A stretch of DNA of 59,934 nucleotides, filler included, from Porpidia crustulata (GCA_964255105.1; 8 parts of 8 records of this genome joined end to end with filler, not necessarily neighbours in it); one strand, 5' to 3'. Shown: positions 12,323-24,823, numbered from the whole stretch's first letter. Notes: a model not told the origin generated them from the letters alone. Numbers and translations: made by a program.

Positions 12323-13999
12323 ATGGACCGCCGAATGGGGCAGAAACTCCTCCCGGAGCAGATCGATACTGTTATCGTTGGCAACGGCCCATCTGCCCTC
12401 ATCCTGTCTTATATCCTTAACGGAAACATACCTTATTACAACGCCTCGTATCCTCACCCGGACCCTATATTGCATCAAAAGCTTGTCCAATTACCGGCTT
12501 TATTGAATACAGACGTTGCGGACCTTACGGCACATTTCGCTGCTTCTCGTCTTTCGTACTCAACCCAAGCATTACCCATCAATGTCCTCCTTGATACCTT
12601 AATACGGCCATTGGCAGACACACATCCTGGCGAATACCAAACATGCGTGGAATGGCGTCATGAGCCGGGAAAGAGAGTGCCCCACGTTGTCTTGGGAAAC
12701 ACCGGGCAAGCTGGGGGTCAATGGGCGGACAACCCAGTCTCTGCAAGCTGGGGAATAGGAACGTTGAGTTACGCAGAAATGCTCTCGTTACCTGGCTATC
12801 TGTTTGAAGATTACTACCAGATGATCAACAAGCGACAGCCACCAGAATTTTACCGGCCGACTCGTCGGGAAGTTGCCGGCTACCTTGCGATATACCCAGA
12901 GATGGTTAACATCAGCAATTCAATATTTATGAATACTGAGGTCAGCAATGTCCGTAGGATCAACGATGGTTTTTGTATTGCTTCTCCCGGCATCCGCTGC
13001 AAGAACCTCGTGCTGGCATCTGGAATTTTTACCAACTTAATCCCACCACGTCCTTTACTGAGACCATTGGCTACCCTGGTTTCATCATCGCCTGCGAATC
13101 CTTCTCCTCTTTTGATCATTGGATCCGGCTTCAGTGCGGCAGATGTCATCATCTCCACTCCACCAGGAAGAAAAATTCTACACATTTTCAAATGGGATCC
13201 TGACGGACATCCCTCGCCGCTCAAGGCCTGCCACCCCTGTGCATATCCCGAGTATGCCAGCGTATATCGCCAGATGAAGCTTGCAGCCAGGAAGGCTAAT
13301 AATATACATGAGGTTGGAACCCCTTTGCGCTTGAAGAAGTGCAATTCCTTCTTCGCACAACGTGACTGGGATAATACGTATGAAGGATTCCCAAACACGT
13401 ATATTAAAGAAGTTAATATGCGTGGCGACGTGCCAACTCTTACTCTGGTAGGGCCGGATGGTCTTGTGTCCAAACGAGGGATTTCAAGCATGGAATATGT
13501 GGTTGGAAGACGCGGTTCCTTGAAATATCTCGAAAGGCCAATCAGAAACGAGGTGCTTGCTGCAGATGGACAAGACACAGACCAAATTATGATTTCCGGA
13601 CGTACACTCCGATCTAAGGTCGAGGAGTCACTCGAGGTCGCACCTGGTTTGTTAATTATCGGAAGCTTGGCAGGGGATTCTCTCATCAGATTTGCATTTG
13701 GTAGTTGCATCGTTGCTGCTCGTACCATTCTTAACCACCATGGTGTGGAGAATGGGAAGCTTGGGAAAGAGGCATTTACGACAACGAAGACCCAGGAAAA
13801 CGCGCTCGGCCATCTCCTAAACGGCGATGTATTGGCTCATGAAAAATTAGAGTATCTGACAAACGGCCACAGCAATCTTGGCATAGACAAGAGGGAAAGG
13901 GCAATGTCAATAGAATTAGAGGTAAAAAAATGCCAATTATGGAGTGAAACTGGGTTGTGGACAGATGGCTGTACTGTTAGATTTTCTTCACGGCCTTAG
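12323..13999 (+). CDS. OSGIN1/2-like FAD-dependent oxidoreductase
   Basis: Single long ORF. TVIVGNGPSALILSYIL Rossmann motif, PHPDPILHQKL, INVLLDTLIRP, GGQW, second nucleotide motif IIGSGFSAAD, and GSLAGDSLIRF. Confidence 0.75.
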   Translation: MDRRMGQKLLPEQIDTVIVGNGPSALILSYILNGNIPYYNASYPHPDPILHQKLVQLPALLNTDVADLTAHFAASRLSYSTQALPINVLLDTLIRPLADTHPGEYQTCVEWRHEPGKRVPHVVLGNTGQAGGQWADNPVSASWGIGTLSYAEMLSLPGYLFEDYYQMINKRQPPEFYRPTRREVAGYLAIYPEMVNISNSIFMNTEVSNVRRINDGFCIASPGIRCKNLVLASGIFTNLIPPRPLLRPLATLVSSSPANPSPLLIIGSGFSAADVIISTPPGRKILHIFKWDPDGHPSPLKACHPCAYPEYASVYRQMKLAARKANNIHEVGTPLRLKKCNSFFAQRDWDNTYEGFPNTYIKEVNMRGDVPTLTLVGPDGLVSKRGISSMEYVVGRRGSLKYLERPIRNEVLAADGQDTDQIMISGRTLRSKVEESLEVAPGLLIIGSLAGDSLIRFAFGSCIVAARTILNHHGVENGKLGKEAFTTTKTQENALGHLLNGDVLAHEKLEYLTNGHSNLGIDKRERAMSIELEVKKCQLWSETGLWTDGCTVRFSSRP

Positions 14000-14262
14000 T
14001 CCAACCTCAGTATTGGAGTTCCAGAGATCTGAATTTCGGGTAAATCCAACGACGAGAAGCACGATTTTTCGACTCCGTGACTGAAACAGCGTAACAGCTT
14101 TCCAAGTTGATGTTTATAAGTCTCACAAAGCGCTTACGCTCTGATATATCTTATACGAAGGTCACGTGTTGCGACTATAGTACACGTCCTACATTCTCAA
14201 ACAGGCTTCAGAGGCAAATCTCACCGCAGCTTTGACACCACTTCGAAACTCACTCTACCCGG

Positions 14263-14663
14263 ATGCCTCCTATGAAGGAATCTGGATCGGAAGTAGGCGA
14301 TATTATCGCCGTGTCCAACGAGCCCGTCATACTCTCGAACTCTGGCACGAACCAGATCGCGGCGTTGACCGCGCAGCTTCAAACCCGTAAGGACCATGTA
14401 TCTAAGCTATACGCATTCATTGCCGCAAACGGAATCGGTCTTAGTATGCCTCTCCCGTCTTGCCCCCTTAATTGATCGCTAATGTCACAGCTGTAGATAC
14501 TTCTTCTTCCATCCGCAATCGCATGAACCGACGCAGAGGCGCAGCAATATCTTTTGCGACTCGAATCTACAAGGGGATGATCGAGGTTTACGGAGAGATA
14601 ATTGGCGATACCTACGATGATAAAGGACCGGCGTCGGCTACGAGGACTTCAGCCGAGCCATGA
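14263..14663 (+). CDS. Hypothetical protein, about 117 aa, 2 exons
   Basis: A 47-nt intron GTATGC...GCTAAT...CAG (14444-14490) joins two short ORFs in frame; no recognisable domain. Confidence 0.3.
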
Positions 14664-14937
14664 TACTCTTCCTCGATGAGATGTGAGTAATGTGGGACCT
14701 TCCCGATAGCTTGCGGTTCTAGATACAACTGGCATAGAAAGACGTTGGTGGATTAGATAGTTGGTGGCGGGGAAGTGTCTGCTAAGGCTTTTGGTCTTAA
14801 CTTGGTGGCGTGTTGTTTTGGGTTATGTTGGGGTATTTTGAGTTGGAGTGGATTTAGGATTTTTGAAGCGACTGATCCCCCTCCCCGCATAGAGCAAAGA
14901 TCATCTCACCCTTCCTCAGTAACCATCAAGGTACAAT

Positions 14938-15037
14938 NNNNNNNNNNNNNNNNNNNNNNNNNNNNNNNNNNNNNNNNNNNNTTAATTAATTAANNNNNNN
15001 NNNNNNNNNNNNNNNNNNNNNNNNNNNNNNNNNNNNN
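14938..15037. other. Artificial contig spacer
   Basis: N-TTAATTAATTAA-N, 100 bp. Confidence 0.99.
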
Positions 15038-16382
15038 GTTCTGGGGGGTGGGGAGGAAGGGATGCTTGCCTGTGACGATTGTGGTTCCGTAATCTTTTTT
15101 GAACTCGGAGAATTCGCTGCCGTCGACTATCCTGGCGATGATTTCATGGGCGGGGATCTGTTTTCGCAAATTCATACCGACGATACCTGCAAGTTCTTCG
15201 GGATCGTAGAGCGGTTCTTTGAAAGGGACCACTGTTCTTTGTGGTTGTGGCCAATTGAGGTTGCTGATGCATCTTCTGGCGAGAACTAGAGCGTGGGCGT
15301 CGTCGACGGCAAGGTAATCACTGACCCCAGAGACGGAGCTATGCATCCTCCCACCACCAAGTTCCTCGGCCGTGACTTCTTCGCCAATGGCGGCTTTGAC
15401 AAGAGGAGGCCCGGCGAGGAAGATGGTACCTTGGTTTTCCACAATGATGTTTTCGTCGGACATGGCAGGGACATAAGCGCCGCCGGCTGTGCAAGGGCCC
15501 ATGACGATGGAGATTTGAGGGATACCTTGCGAACTCACTAAGGGGAAATCAGCCGGATGTTATAATGCTGATGGGGGAATACATACTCCTTGCTTGGTTG
15601 TAGAAAATGCGGCCAAAGTGCTCTTTATCTGGAAAGACATCTGCTTGATGAGGAAGGTTTGCTCCACCAGAGTCCACGAGGTAAATGCAGGGAAGCCCTG
15701 ATTGACATCAGTACAAACCAGTCTTTGACCGGTATGTTTCTCATACTGTTCTCTTCTGCTATGGCCTGGGCTCGTAGGTGCTTCTTCACAGTTATAGGGT
15801 AGTATGAGCCTCCTTTAACTCTAGCCCAAAGGATCAGTCATTATCTGCCATTGAATGATACTACTACCTACGTGCTATCGTTGGCCACAATCACAACAGA
15901 AACGCCCTCAACAACTCCGATTCCAGTAATAATCCCACCCGCCGGTACATCCTCCCCCGAGTACATATCTTGCCCCGCCAGCGCCGACAGCTCCAAGAAA
16001 GGCGATCCCGGATCTATAAGAGCAGTGATACGGCTACGAAGTCAGTCGCACCTGCCGAACAAGCCTATGCTTTACAAACATACTCCCTTGGCAGCATTTT
16101 CCCCCTAGCGATATGCTTGTCCCTGGCCTTCTTTGGGCCGCCCTCATGGATCTTCTGGTGAAGCTCGCGCATTCGTGCCATTGCTTCTCCCATTTGCCGC
16201 GCATTTTCTTTATATTCTATTGAGGATGTATCCACAGTAGTGGGGAGCACTGATAGCGCAGAAGCATGGTGTCGGTAGGTATGGGTAGCTATTGATCGGC
16301 TGGGTTGCAGCCATTGAAATGGCGATTTTGTCCGGCATATTTGCCTGTAAGCCGCAGAGCCAGCTCGGACGGTCAATATCAT
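15038..16382 (-). CDS. mccB: Methylcrotonoyl-CoA carboxylase beta subunit (3' end cut by contig edge)
   Basis: [71 protein letters not shown]; mitochondrial presequence; several introns. Confidence 0.93.
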
Positions 16383-16605
16383 CGTAGTAGCATAATCTGT
16401 AGATTTTTTAGGACTGTTTAGTACCTGGATGGACCTAGTCTCCGGATTGACCGTGTGTTGACAGAGTATGAAGTCGAGCTTCCGAGGCTCGTAAACGTTC
16501 TACGGGTAGCGTCGGTTTGCGTCGGAAATCACGTGTCTTCGTGGTTTGACCGATTCGGCTTCGGCTGTTCTTACCGATTGAATCATGAACAATTGTATTA
16601 TCGCA

Positions 16606-17307
16606 ATGACGGATGATCTGGAGCGCAATGCTAGACACACAGTGGATCTCCTTGAACAGCGGCTTCAGAGAATCGAATATTTCTTGACAGGCCAAGATCC
16701 TGCCCATGATTATCTGCAAGATGCGGCCTCCGGTGGGAGAGATCGAACCGTACTGACTCGTCTATCTAAAGTTGAAAGCAATTTGGCCAGACTTGCTTCG
16801 AATTTACCTGTTGTCAACGATCTCCTGAGGCTCTGTAAGGCATTCTTTAGCCCAGCTTAGCTTTTTCTGGCTGACAATGCTATAGATAAATCCAATCCAG
16901 ACCTCTTCCAGCCTGCAACTCATACAGAAGTTCCAACATCTCTAACGAACTCGGAGTTGCTTGCTATTATCAGCTCGTGTGCAACGTCATATCCAACCAC
17001 TGCATCGCGCTTGACTGCAATAAAAGACTCTCCTATACCCTCAGTAGAATCGTCTGCTTCCTTGATCACATTACTTCCTAGGCTAGCGCAAGTGGAGCTA
17101 CGACAAGAGCTACAAGGACGAGAAATGGCGAGCCTCCGGCTGAGGACAGTATCAGTCCTACAGCGATGGTATGAACTTGGGGTTCTGGCTGAGAGCGAGT
17201 GCTGGGCGGAATGGGAAGGGAGGTTGAACGCTGTGGAGAGCAGGACCAGGCATGGGGAAACTATCCAGACTCAGGAAGTCAAGGCCAACGAGGCTTACAG
17301 ATCATGA
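16606..17307 (+). CDS. Nuclear distribution protein RO10-like (dynactin-associated)
   Basis: TVDLLEQRLQRIEYFLTG, ATSYPTTASRLTAIKD, LQRWYELGV...CWAEWEGRL; one intron at about 16836-16885. Confidence 0.75.
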
Positions 17308-18863
17308 GAAATGGCCACAAAGGTAATACCAGCTACGATGGAGATTAGTGGGTGACACCCGGACTGAGACGCCATGGCGTTACCGGATAACCAGATATCA
17401 GCTTGCAGAGCCATAGCTCCACACCTTTGTCACACCTCACTGGCACCATCAAATCCATTCCAACAAGCCTTGGATTTCTCTTCAGGCAGAATCCACGGCA
17501 ATATAACTGCGGGGAGAACGGTGCTTCGCCCCTGAAGTCGATGAAAGTCGAGATTCCTGATCAAATCCATTCGCTGCGCCTCTTATTGGCTGTGCTGCTC
17601 CAGGAAATCCACCTGATCCATCTATCGCACTGATGCTACACGAAACTGAGTCTACTAGCTGTACATCTGGTACCTACAAATGAGACATTCTCCGATAAAT
17701 AATGCTTAACAAAGAGGTTTACATGAAGGATTGGGATGGCAGTCCGTGACGATTATCATGAGCGTATACACTGTCGCCAGTATGAATACTTTCCGTGCCG
17801 TTGTCTACACAAGGCGGTAAGCGATAACAGGATTCAGACGGATTTTGCCAGACAGGTAGCTGTGAGGCTGATGCAAACGTCTCTTCCTTCCATAGTCCGG
17901 CTCTGGGGCTAAGTCGGGATTTATTCTACAATAGTAAATTGTCCCGACTACTTCACCGTCAGTGATGTATCATACGCAGGTACATGAGAACGCTCATAGG
18001 CTCGTAGGCTTAACGCTGTTTGGCGGGTATCACGAAAGAAGGCTTGCCCACGTCGGAAGTAGTTGCGGTGTAAATATAGCATGACAGTAACCGTAAAATT
18101 CGGTAGGTTTGCTGGTCAATGCGCTGCTTGCGGCCAAGGTCAAGGCAAAGCTCGAAGTCTGTGGATTCTTTGTTGATTCCTGCCTTCAGGTTGTGCCTCT
18201 TTGTGCAATTTATGCAATTAGACGGGATAGGAAAACATTGCCACCCCCTCACGTGCATATCCGTTAGTCTGCGCCATTGTTGAGTTGTCGCTGTCCTCGA
18301 AAAAAACTAAGAGACATGTCGTCTACATCAATGAACATGATCTGAGAGAAACTCGTCTTTTCCTCCACACCGAAAATTGACTCACGCGCTCCAGCAGATA
18401 TCATCGCCCACATCAATTCGATAGGCGTTGGTACATCGGTACAAAGTTTGCATGATTTTAGTGGCGCGTACTTCCCTCTGAAACCCCAAGCGACTCCTTT
18501 CACTTCGACCAATCCAGCCTAAACCTCTCGTCGCAACTCGACCATTCAACCTCCACCGATTAACATCTTTTAATACTCTGGGAGCCTGAAGCAGCGGCCT
18601 GGCAAACTCGCAACTTATCGGTCATTACCACTTGGCACTTCCTTGACCAGTGCAACCAAGTCACTCCTTTCGCTCTATCCAAAGTTGTTGCACCGGCGCA
18701 GGCACCATCATTTTCCGCAACCAAAGCCATTAATTCACTCATAAAGCCTACATTCACTGGCATTCGTAAATGACCTGGGAGTCAACAAAGCATCTTCAAT
18801 ACCAAAGAATATCTTCACTGGCGTATGCTCGGTGGATAATCTAATCTTTACCTTGGGTTCTCT

Positions 18864-20091
18864 ATGCCATCGTACGGCAGTCTCCACTCGCCATCCCTCC
18901 GCAAGATGAATGGGAACTTGGAAGCAAACAGTCGTGCGCGCACAGGATTTGGACATGGCTTTACTTTTGGTAATATAGGTTTCAACAATGGAGAGAATGT
19001 ATGACTGACGCACCCCAGGTCACATTGTCGGCGACCCATTCGCACTCGCGACGCTATCAATTGCTTATGTACGTCGATGTTGGATATCAAATCACCCTGC
19101 ATATATAAATGTTACTAATCCGTCATGATCGATAGCTTGCGTGGTTAATCGCTTTTATTGCGTCCGTCGTCTCCAATGTTCGGTCCAATACATTTCCAAA
19201 TTTCGCATGGTGGACGTTGGCATACTTTCTCTGCTGTATAGTCGGCGTATTAATAGTGGTGGGATCGGACTCGACACAAACATATCATGTTGCTGTAAGG
19301 TCATCCTAAGTCAAATGTTGGCGTCTAATTGACTCTTCCTAGATCGTCGGCTTCCTGGCCGCTGGCCTTGTCTTCGCAACTTCAATCATCAATGCATTAG
19401 TATATTCATCGGATGGTGCCAAGGAAGCTGCCGCTGCGGGCTTTATTCTCCTTGCTATGGTCGCCGTAAGTATATGCAAGTGCCATCTGAACAGACCAGG
19501 TCTAATCAACAGTAGATTGTGTGGATATTTTACTTTGGATCAACGCCTCAAGCTACCCACCGGGGCTACATCGACTCCTTTGCTTTACACAAAGAACAAC
19601 GTGGCTCAACGCGCAATAGCAGACCCTTAAGTCCGCATTACGCAAACGGCCGTCCTGAAACAACAATATCAGGAAACCATGCGCCACAAATGTACACTTC
19701 CGCCCAGTTGAATGGCTTCGAGACCTCGTCGCCCGTATCGGGCTACCCTGGAGGCCCTGTGGGCGTGGATAACCGAAATGTATCGCAACCACGCTTTGGT
19801 GGACCAATAGCGTCACATTCGCCGGCACAAACGCCCACAACTGTGGCGCCTCTTGGTGGTGTTGGCGGTGATCATCACGACCCCCGGAATGATGTTGGGT
19901 CGCCCACAGAATATCCATATCGAGCAAAGGCCATCTACTCGTACGAGGCAAATCCAGACGACGCAAACGAAATCAGCTTCTCCAAGCACGAAATCTTGGA
20001 AGTCTCAGACGTGAGCGGGAGATGGTGGCAAGCAAAGAAAGAGACTGGAGAAACTGGAATAGCGCCGTCGAATTACTTGATCCTGCTTTGA
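18864..20091 (+). CDS. SHO1: High-osmolarity signalling membrane sensor Sho1
   Basis: N-terminal [29 protein letters not shown], four hydrophobic helices spread over short exons, C-terminal SH3 domain ([21 protein letters not shown]...GRWWQA...GIAPSNYL). Confidence 0.95.
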
Positions 20092-20542
20092 AGCACATAC
20101 CACTCCTCTGTACTATGACTTCTTACGACCGACTATTTCCTATCGTCTGGTAGGTTCGGAAAATGTCCAGGGTTCTCTTTTTTCCCAGCTCTCTTGGCCA
20201 CAAACGGCCATTCCTTTCTCTCGGGGGCCATGATGTGCCATACGGCGCAGTCTGCAGCCTTTCTAGTTGGGCACCGACTGCCGGTGAGAGATGCGCAAAT
20301 ACTTTGGGTTTTAAGTTACTTTAATGCACTTGGCGTGGAGGTTCTAATGTTAGCTTATGGTACATAGACCTATTTGTGGAGTTGAAATTTGGTTTAAGAC
20401 GATGTGCTGCAAGTAATGAGATCTTCAAATATCTCCGTCGTATGAGCTTTCTACCCGTGAGGATATTGGCTTTCTGTGCACCAACGTGACCACGTCTATG
20501 TTCACTCCTCTCTTTTTTTTATCTCCAATGTCCCTACCCAGA

Positions 20543-20598
20543 AAGGTAGGCCTGGAAGGTAGGCCTGGAAGGTAGGCCTGGAAGGTAGGCCTGGAAGG
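20543..20598. repeat. Perfect 13-bp tandem repeat AAGGTAGGCCTGG, about 4.3 copies
   Basis: Read directly from the sequence, between SHO1 and the amidase. Confidence 0.95.
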
Positions 20599-21328
20599 GT
20601 TTCTATGTATCTATATGAGAACCAAAGGCAATGCGTCTCGATTGGAAATACCTCAAAAGACGGGGGCTGCCAATTTTCCGTACTGCGTTCCCGTTTTGCA
20701 GCGAAGTCACGGCTGGTCAGCATCAGACCCCAAGTCAAATAGAAAGACAACGCTCATGTGCAGTAAGTGTTTCATTTTATTTTTTCCAGTTCGGATCTCA
20801 ATCATTCCGCTGGGCACTCGGAGCCTTGAGATAAGGAACAGCAAGAAGACTTTGGATTATAGCGTGTTGTGTATTTATGCCACATCATCTGTGTCCAGCA
20901 TATAAACCCATGTCGTTGTATAACCTGCTTCTCTTCCAAACAGGGCGAATCGTTCATCATTGCACGTTCTAGTGTTGTCATAACGATCGTGGAAATTGTC
21001 ACGATAACGAAGTGCTAGGTCATTGATGTTTCCACGCCGGTCATGAGCTACAGAGGAACTCATGAAAGATTCCTCCTACAGATCAGTTTAATTCTTGATA
21101 TCAACATTCGTGATTACGTTTGAAATTGAGGCTGGAAGCACGATAGCTAACCGGAGTCATCTTATCGGTGACGTAGAGGTAGAGATCTTACACTAACAGC
21201 AGAAACGACCTTCCTTTCGCGCGATGTCAAGCTATGTGGGAACTGGGAAGCAAGCCAAATTAACATAAGGTATGTTAGGAAGCCTTTTCCACCTCCATCA
21301 GGCATAAATACAAACTGACTAGGGTACA

Positions 21329-22451
21329 ATGCAGTGGTTTCCATTGAATCTATTTGTGGCTTTTCTTGCAGCTGGCATAGCCCAAGCTCAAAATGAAACC
21401 TCCGATGTCCGCGAATCTACCATTGAGGGAGTCCATAACGCTCTCTTCAGTGGCCTCACATCTTGTCGAAACATCGTGGAGCTATTCCTAGCACGCGTTG
21501 AGGCATACAATCCCACTGTCAATGCTATCATCACTCTAAATCCCAATGCGTTATCCATTGCGGATAGCAAAGACAAGGTTCTGGCGGCTGAAAATGCCAC
21601 TGGACTACTGTTTTGTATACCCGTATTGCTCAAGGATAATTATGACACCATGGACATGAACACCACGGGAGGATGCTTGGATCTCGCAGGCTCGCAGCCA
21701 ACGGTGGATGCCCCGCCGGTGACCGCGTTGAAAGACGCAGGAGCTATCATCCTTGGAAAAACCAACCTACATGAATTGGCCCTGGAAGGGCTATCCATTT
21801 CCTCCCTTGGAGGCCAAACCGTCAACCCATATGACCATACTCGGACCCCAGGAGGAAGCTCAGGAGGCACTGGAGCCGCAATCGCAACCTCCTTCGCTGT
21901 TTTCGGCACTGGCAGCGACACCGTTAATTCTCTTCGAAGCCCAGCAAGTGCAAACAGTCTTTTCAGCGTCCGTCCAACCCGGGGCCTCATCTCCCGCGCA
22001 GGCATCATCCCCATTTCCTTCACCCAAGACGCCATTGGCCCAATAGCACGTAATGTCAACGACCTTGCCGTCGCCTTGACCGTCATGGCCAGTGTGGGCT
22101 ACGATCCAAACGACAACACCACAGCACTCGTCCCCATATCTTCCGTCAATCTCGACTACACAGCAGCGCTGCATGGTGGCTCCCTCCGCGGTCTCCGCCT
22201 TGGTCTCCTCGAAGGCTTCTTCAATCGCACTGCCAGCAACGAAACTACGCCCGTCAACGTTGCCATGAACGCCACCATCTCAGCCCTCACCGCCGCCGGC
22301 GCCACCATCGTCCCCATCCCGGACCCAATCTACAACGCCACCGCCATCCTTGCCGCCTACGACACTCAACAGCTCGAATACCGCCAGCAACTCGAAACCT
22401 ACCTCCAGCGCCCCTCCCTCCACGGCACCCACCCCTCCTCCTTCACCTCTC
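21329..22451 (+). CDS. Amidase-signature enzyme with a signal peptide (3' end cut by contig edge)
   Basis: Hydrophobic N-terminus; VLLKDN, GGSSGG and GSDTVNSLRSPA give the Ser-cisSer-Lys triad. Confidence 0.92.
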
Positions 22452-22551
22452 NNNNNNNNNNNNNNNNNNNNNNNNNNNNNNNNNNNNNNNNNNNNTTAAT
22501 TAATTAANNNNNNNNNNNNNNNNNNNNNNNNNNNNNNNNNNNNNNNNNNNN
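22452..22551. other. Artificial contig spacer
   Basis: N-TTAATTAATTAA-N, 100 bp. Confidence 0.99.
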
Positions 22552-23440
22552 TTTCCCCACCATCCCCCAGAATTTTCCCCGGACCGGAGAGGCGGGAATA
22601 TTTGTTATCATCGTCTACTGCTGGGAATTTTGCTGCGGGGAGGGGAGGTGTGGGATTTAGGGGGGAGATACTGGTTGAAGAGATTTTGCTACGGGTTGGA
22701 TATTATCTTTGCGCCCGGGGGGTTCTGTCCGGTGCTTTGAGTTGATGGTGGTGCTTGTAAGTCCGAGGAATAAGTCCGGGGAGCCTTAACCGCATCTGCT
22801 AGGCTATCCATACTCGTGCACACTGGATGAGATGGGTGACTGATCATGAACATGTTTGATGATGTGAAGGGCGCCCTTGATACTCCTACTTAATTTATCT
22901 GAGATCAATTTGTCGCCTACCCACAATCCTCTCGACAGCCTCTGCCATGCTCCATCTACACTTCCCGGATGTCACAGGATAACATTCAGGCACGCGCCCG
23001 GGGCAAATGACGAGGTACATTTCTACCGCATGACGAAAGCCAATCACATCTGTTCGCGACGATGATACTATGTCAAGACGTGGAATCCACTGCTACATCG
23101 TCCATACACTCGCTTCCAATACCTTTCGCGAAGCCCTTGAGTACCGCCTGGTTCTCTTGATCTTCCTTGGATTTAGTTTTCAGACGGTCTTCCCTAATGA
23201 TTCTGCAAAACACCTTCAGCGAAACTTCTTGAAATCGGTTTACGAGCAGTCTGAGTAAGTCCGTTACGATTCGCACCGGAGGCATAAGCGGCGAGAGAAG
23301 ATCTTTTGATCGCGATCGCAAGACGATCATTACGCGAAGAAAGCATAGACGAGAACGTGCATCAGATTGGTATCACAGTGGGACTTGGCTCGTTAGAGTA
23401 CATCTCAGTTTCTAAGGAAACTCGGCGTGTAGGTCAATTA

Positions 23441-24823
23441 TCAGGCCTTACGAGATGCATTGACATAGGGAGCTTGCGATCTTTTAATGCCGGGCGCTTC
23501 ATTAAGGAATCTATACGCCCGGTGCTGCAATAACTGCCACGCCCCAGACTTGGCCTGCGCTCCTCCCTCGGAATATGCATTTGCTACCCACAGCTTTTTC
23601 TGGCCCTTGTCAACGCTAACAAGATTCTTCATAATCAAATTGGTGCTGACTTCCGGTAGGAAGGATGTTGGATCTGCCGCCGCCGCCGTGACGAGTACCG
23701 GGCACTTTAGCCTCTCAAGATAGTCTTTGCGTTTCCCACTACTTCGAGCAATGTCTTCAGTGCTCAACTTGAAGGTATATTGCTTCATGGCGCGAAGAGT
23801 GGACCCAGGGTTCGACGTTCCGAACATATGCTGTGCAAGAGCGAACTGATATCTTGTTGCGATGTCTTGGCCGCCGTGAGTGCGGGCCGCCCAATCGATC
23901 ATCCAGTCCCCAATCCAGCCATTTTCCCATGGTGCTAGCATCCACGAAGGCATCCGTGCCATAGCGAGATCCCACATATCGTAGAATGGGTCGACCGCAA
24001 CGTAAACCTTGATACGCTTGTCGGCAGCGCCGCGCAATGCTTGGAACCCGCCGAGCGATTGGCCCGTCACGGTAAGAGCCTCGAGGTCCAATTGTGCTTC
24101 AGGATACTTACCAGCGTACGCTTCAATGAAATCTAGAACGGAGCCGAGAACCACTTCACTGTCTGGCTGCACGGGCACGCCATCGCGCCGAAGTACAAGG
24201 CCTTGACCAGGCCCATCAAATGTCAGAACCGCATATCCTAAATCTGGGCCCTCTGCGACAGACATGAAGTAAAGCTCTTCTTGCGTGGAATCAGCGCCCC
24301 CAACGCAGATCAGCACAGGTGTCTTACGTCCAGCTAAGCGCTGAGATGGATTTGGCAGATAAAGCCATCCCGGCAAATTAACTGTTCGGCCTTCCTTAGG
24401 CTGATAAGGAATCTCGACCCTGCACGCCTCATGCGACATCAATTTCATGGCGTGTTCGAAGGAAGCAATGCTTCGCTGGTACAAATGTAGTAGGTACGGC
24501 TGGTCTGATTCCGGCATGATGGGAAACAAATATTGCGCACACCGAAAATAGTTGCTTGCTCGCAAATATGTCTTGCGCGCCGAACTAGTGTGTCCATACT
24601 GCATCATTTCTCCAGCGAGATCATATGTCCTTCCAGCGAGCGCAACCCAACGTCGCTGCCAGGAAACCGCATCATTGGGTACGAGCAGCGCGACCGTCTC
24701 CAGGAATTCCGCAGCGTCGCAGCCGCCGTAAGGCGCTGACCCCAGCAGTCGCAGAAGTTCGAGGTTGTACCACGAGTATTCGAAGTAATTTTTGCGAAAG
24801 GAGTATGTAAAGAATCGATGCAT
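23441..24823 (-). CDS. FUS2/PsoB-like alpha/beta hydrolase
   Basis: Intronless 460 aa ORF. ELLRLLGSAPYGGCDAAEFL, YLRASNYFR, GGADSTQEELY, FDGPGQG, nucleophile GQSLGG, C-terminal EGGAQAKSGA. Confidence 0.85.
   Translation of the reverse strand: MHRFFTYSFRKNYFEYSWYNLELLRLLGSAPYGGCDAAEFLETVALLVPNDAVSWQRRWVALAGRTYDLAGEMMQYGHTSSARKTYLRASNYFRCAQYLFPIMPESDQPYLLHLYQRSIASFEHAMKLMSHEACRVEIPYQPKEGRTVNLPGWLYLPNPSQRLAGRKTPVLICVGGADSTQEELYFMSVAEGPDLGYAVLTFDGPGQGLVLRRDGVPVQPDSEVVLGSVLDFIEAYAGKYPEAQLDLEALTVTGQSLGGFQALRGAADKRIKVYVAVDPFYDMWDLAMARMPSWMLAPWENGWIGDWMIDWAARTHGGQDIATRYQFALAQHMFGTSNPGSTLRAMKQYTFKLSTEDIARSSGKRKDYLERLKCPVLVTAAAADPTSFLPEVSTNLIMKNLVSVDKGQKKLWVANAYSEGGAQAKSGAWQLLQHRAYRFLNEAPGIKRSQAPYVNASRKA

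Noticed and set aside
15038..16382. mccB as part of an mccA-ivdA leucine catabolism cluster
   Set aside because: The upstream neighbour is RO10-like and the downstream side is cut off by the contig edge, so this cannot be assessed.
17330..18860. Short ORFs between RO10 and SHO1
   Set aside because: No domains or coherent exon structure; most likely UTR or promoter sequence.
22552..23400. Possible transposon remnant flanking the relic cluster
   Set aside because: I could not recognise transposase or reverse-transcriptase motifs, terminal repeats or target-site duplications.
21329..24823. Amidase, or the PTH11-like gene at 30524, as members of the relic cluster
   Set aside because: They are separated from contig 4 by artificial spacers, so no linkage can be inferred.
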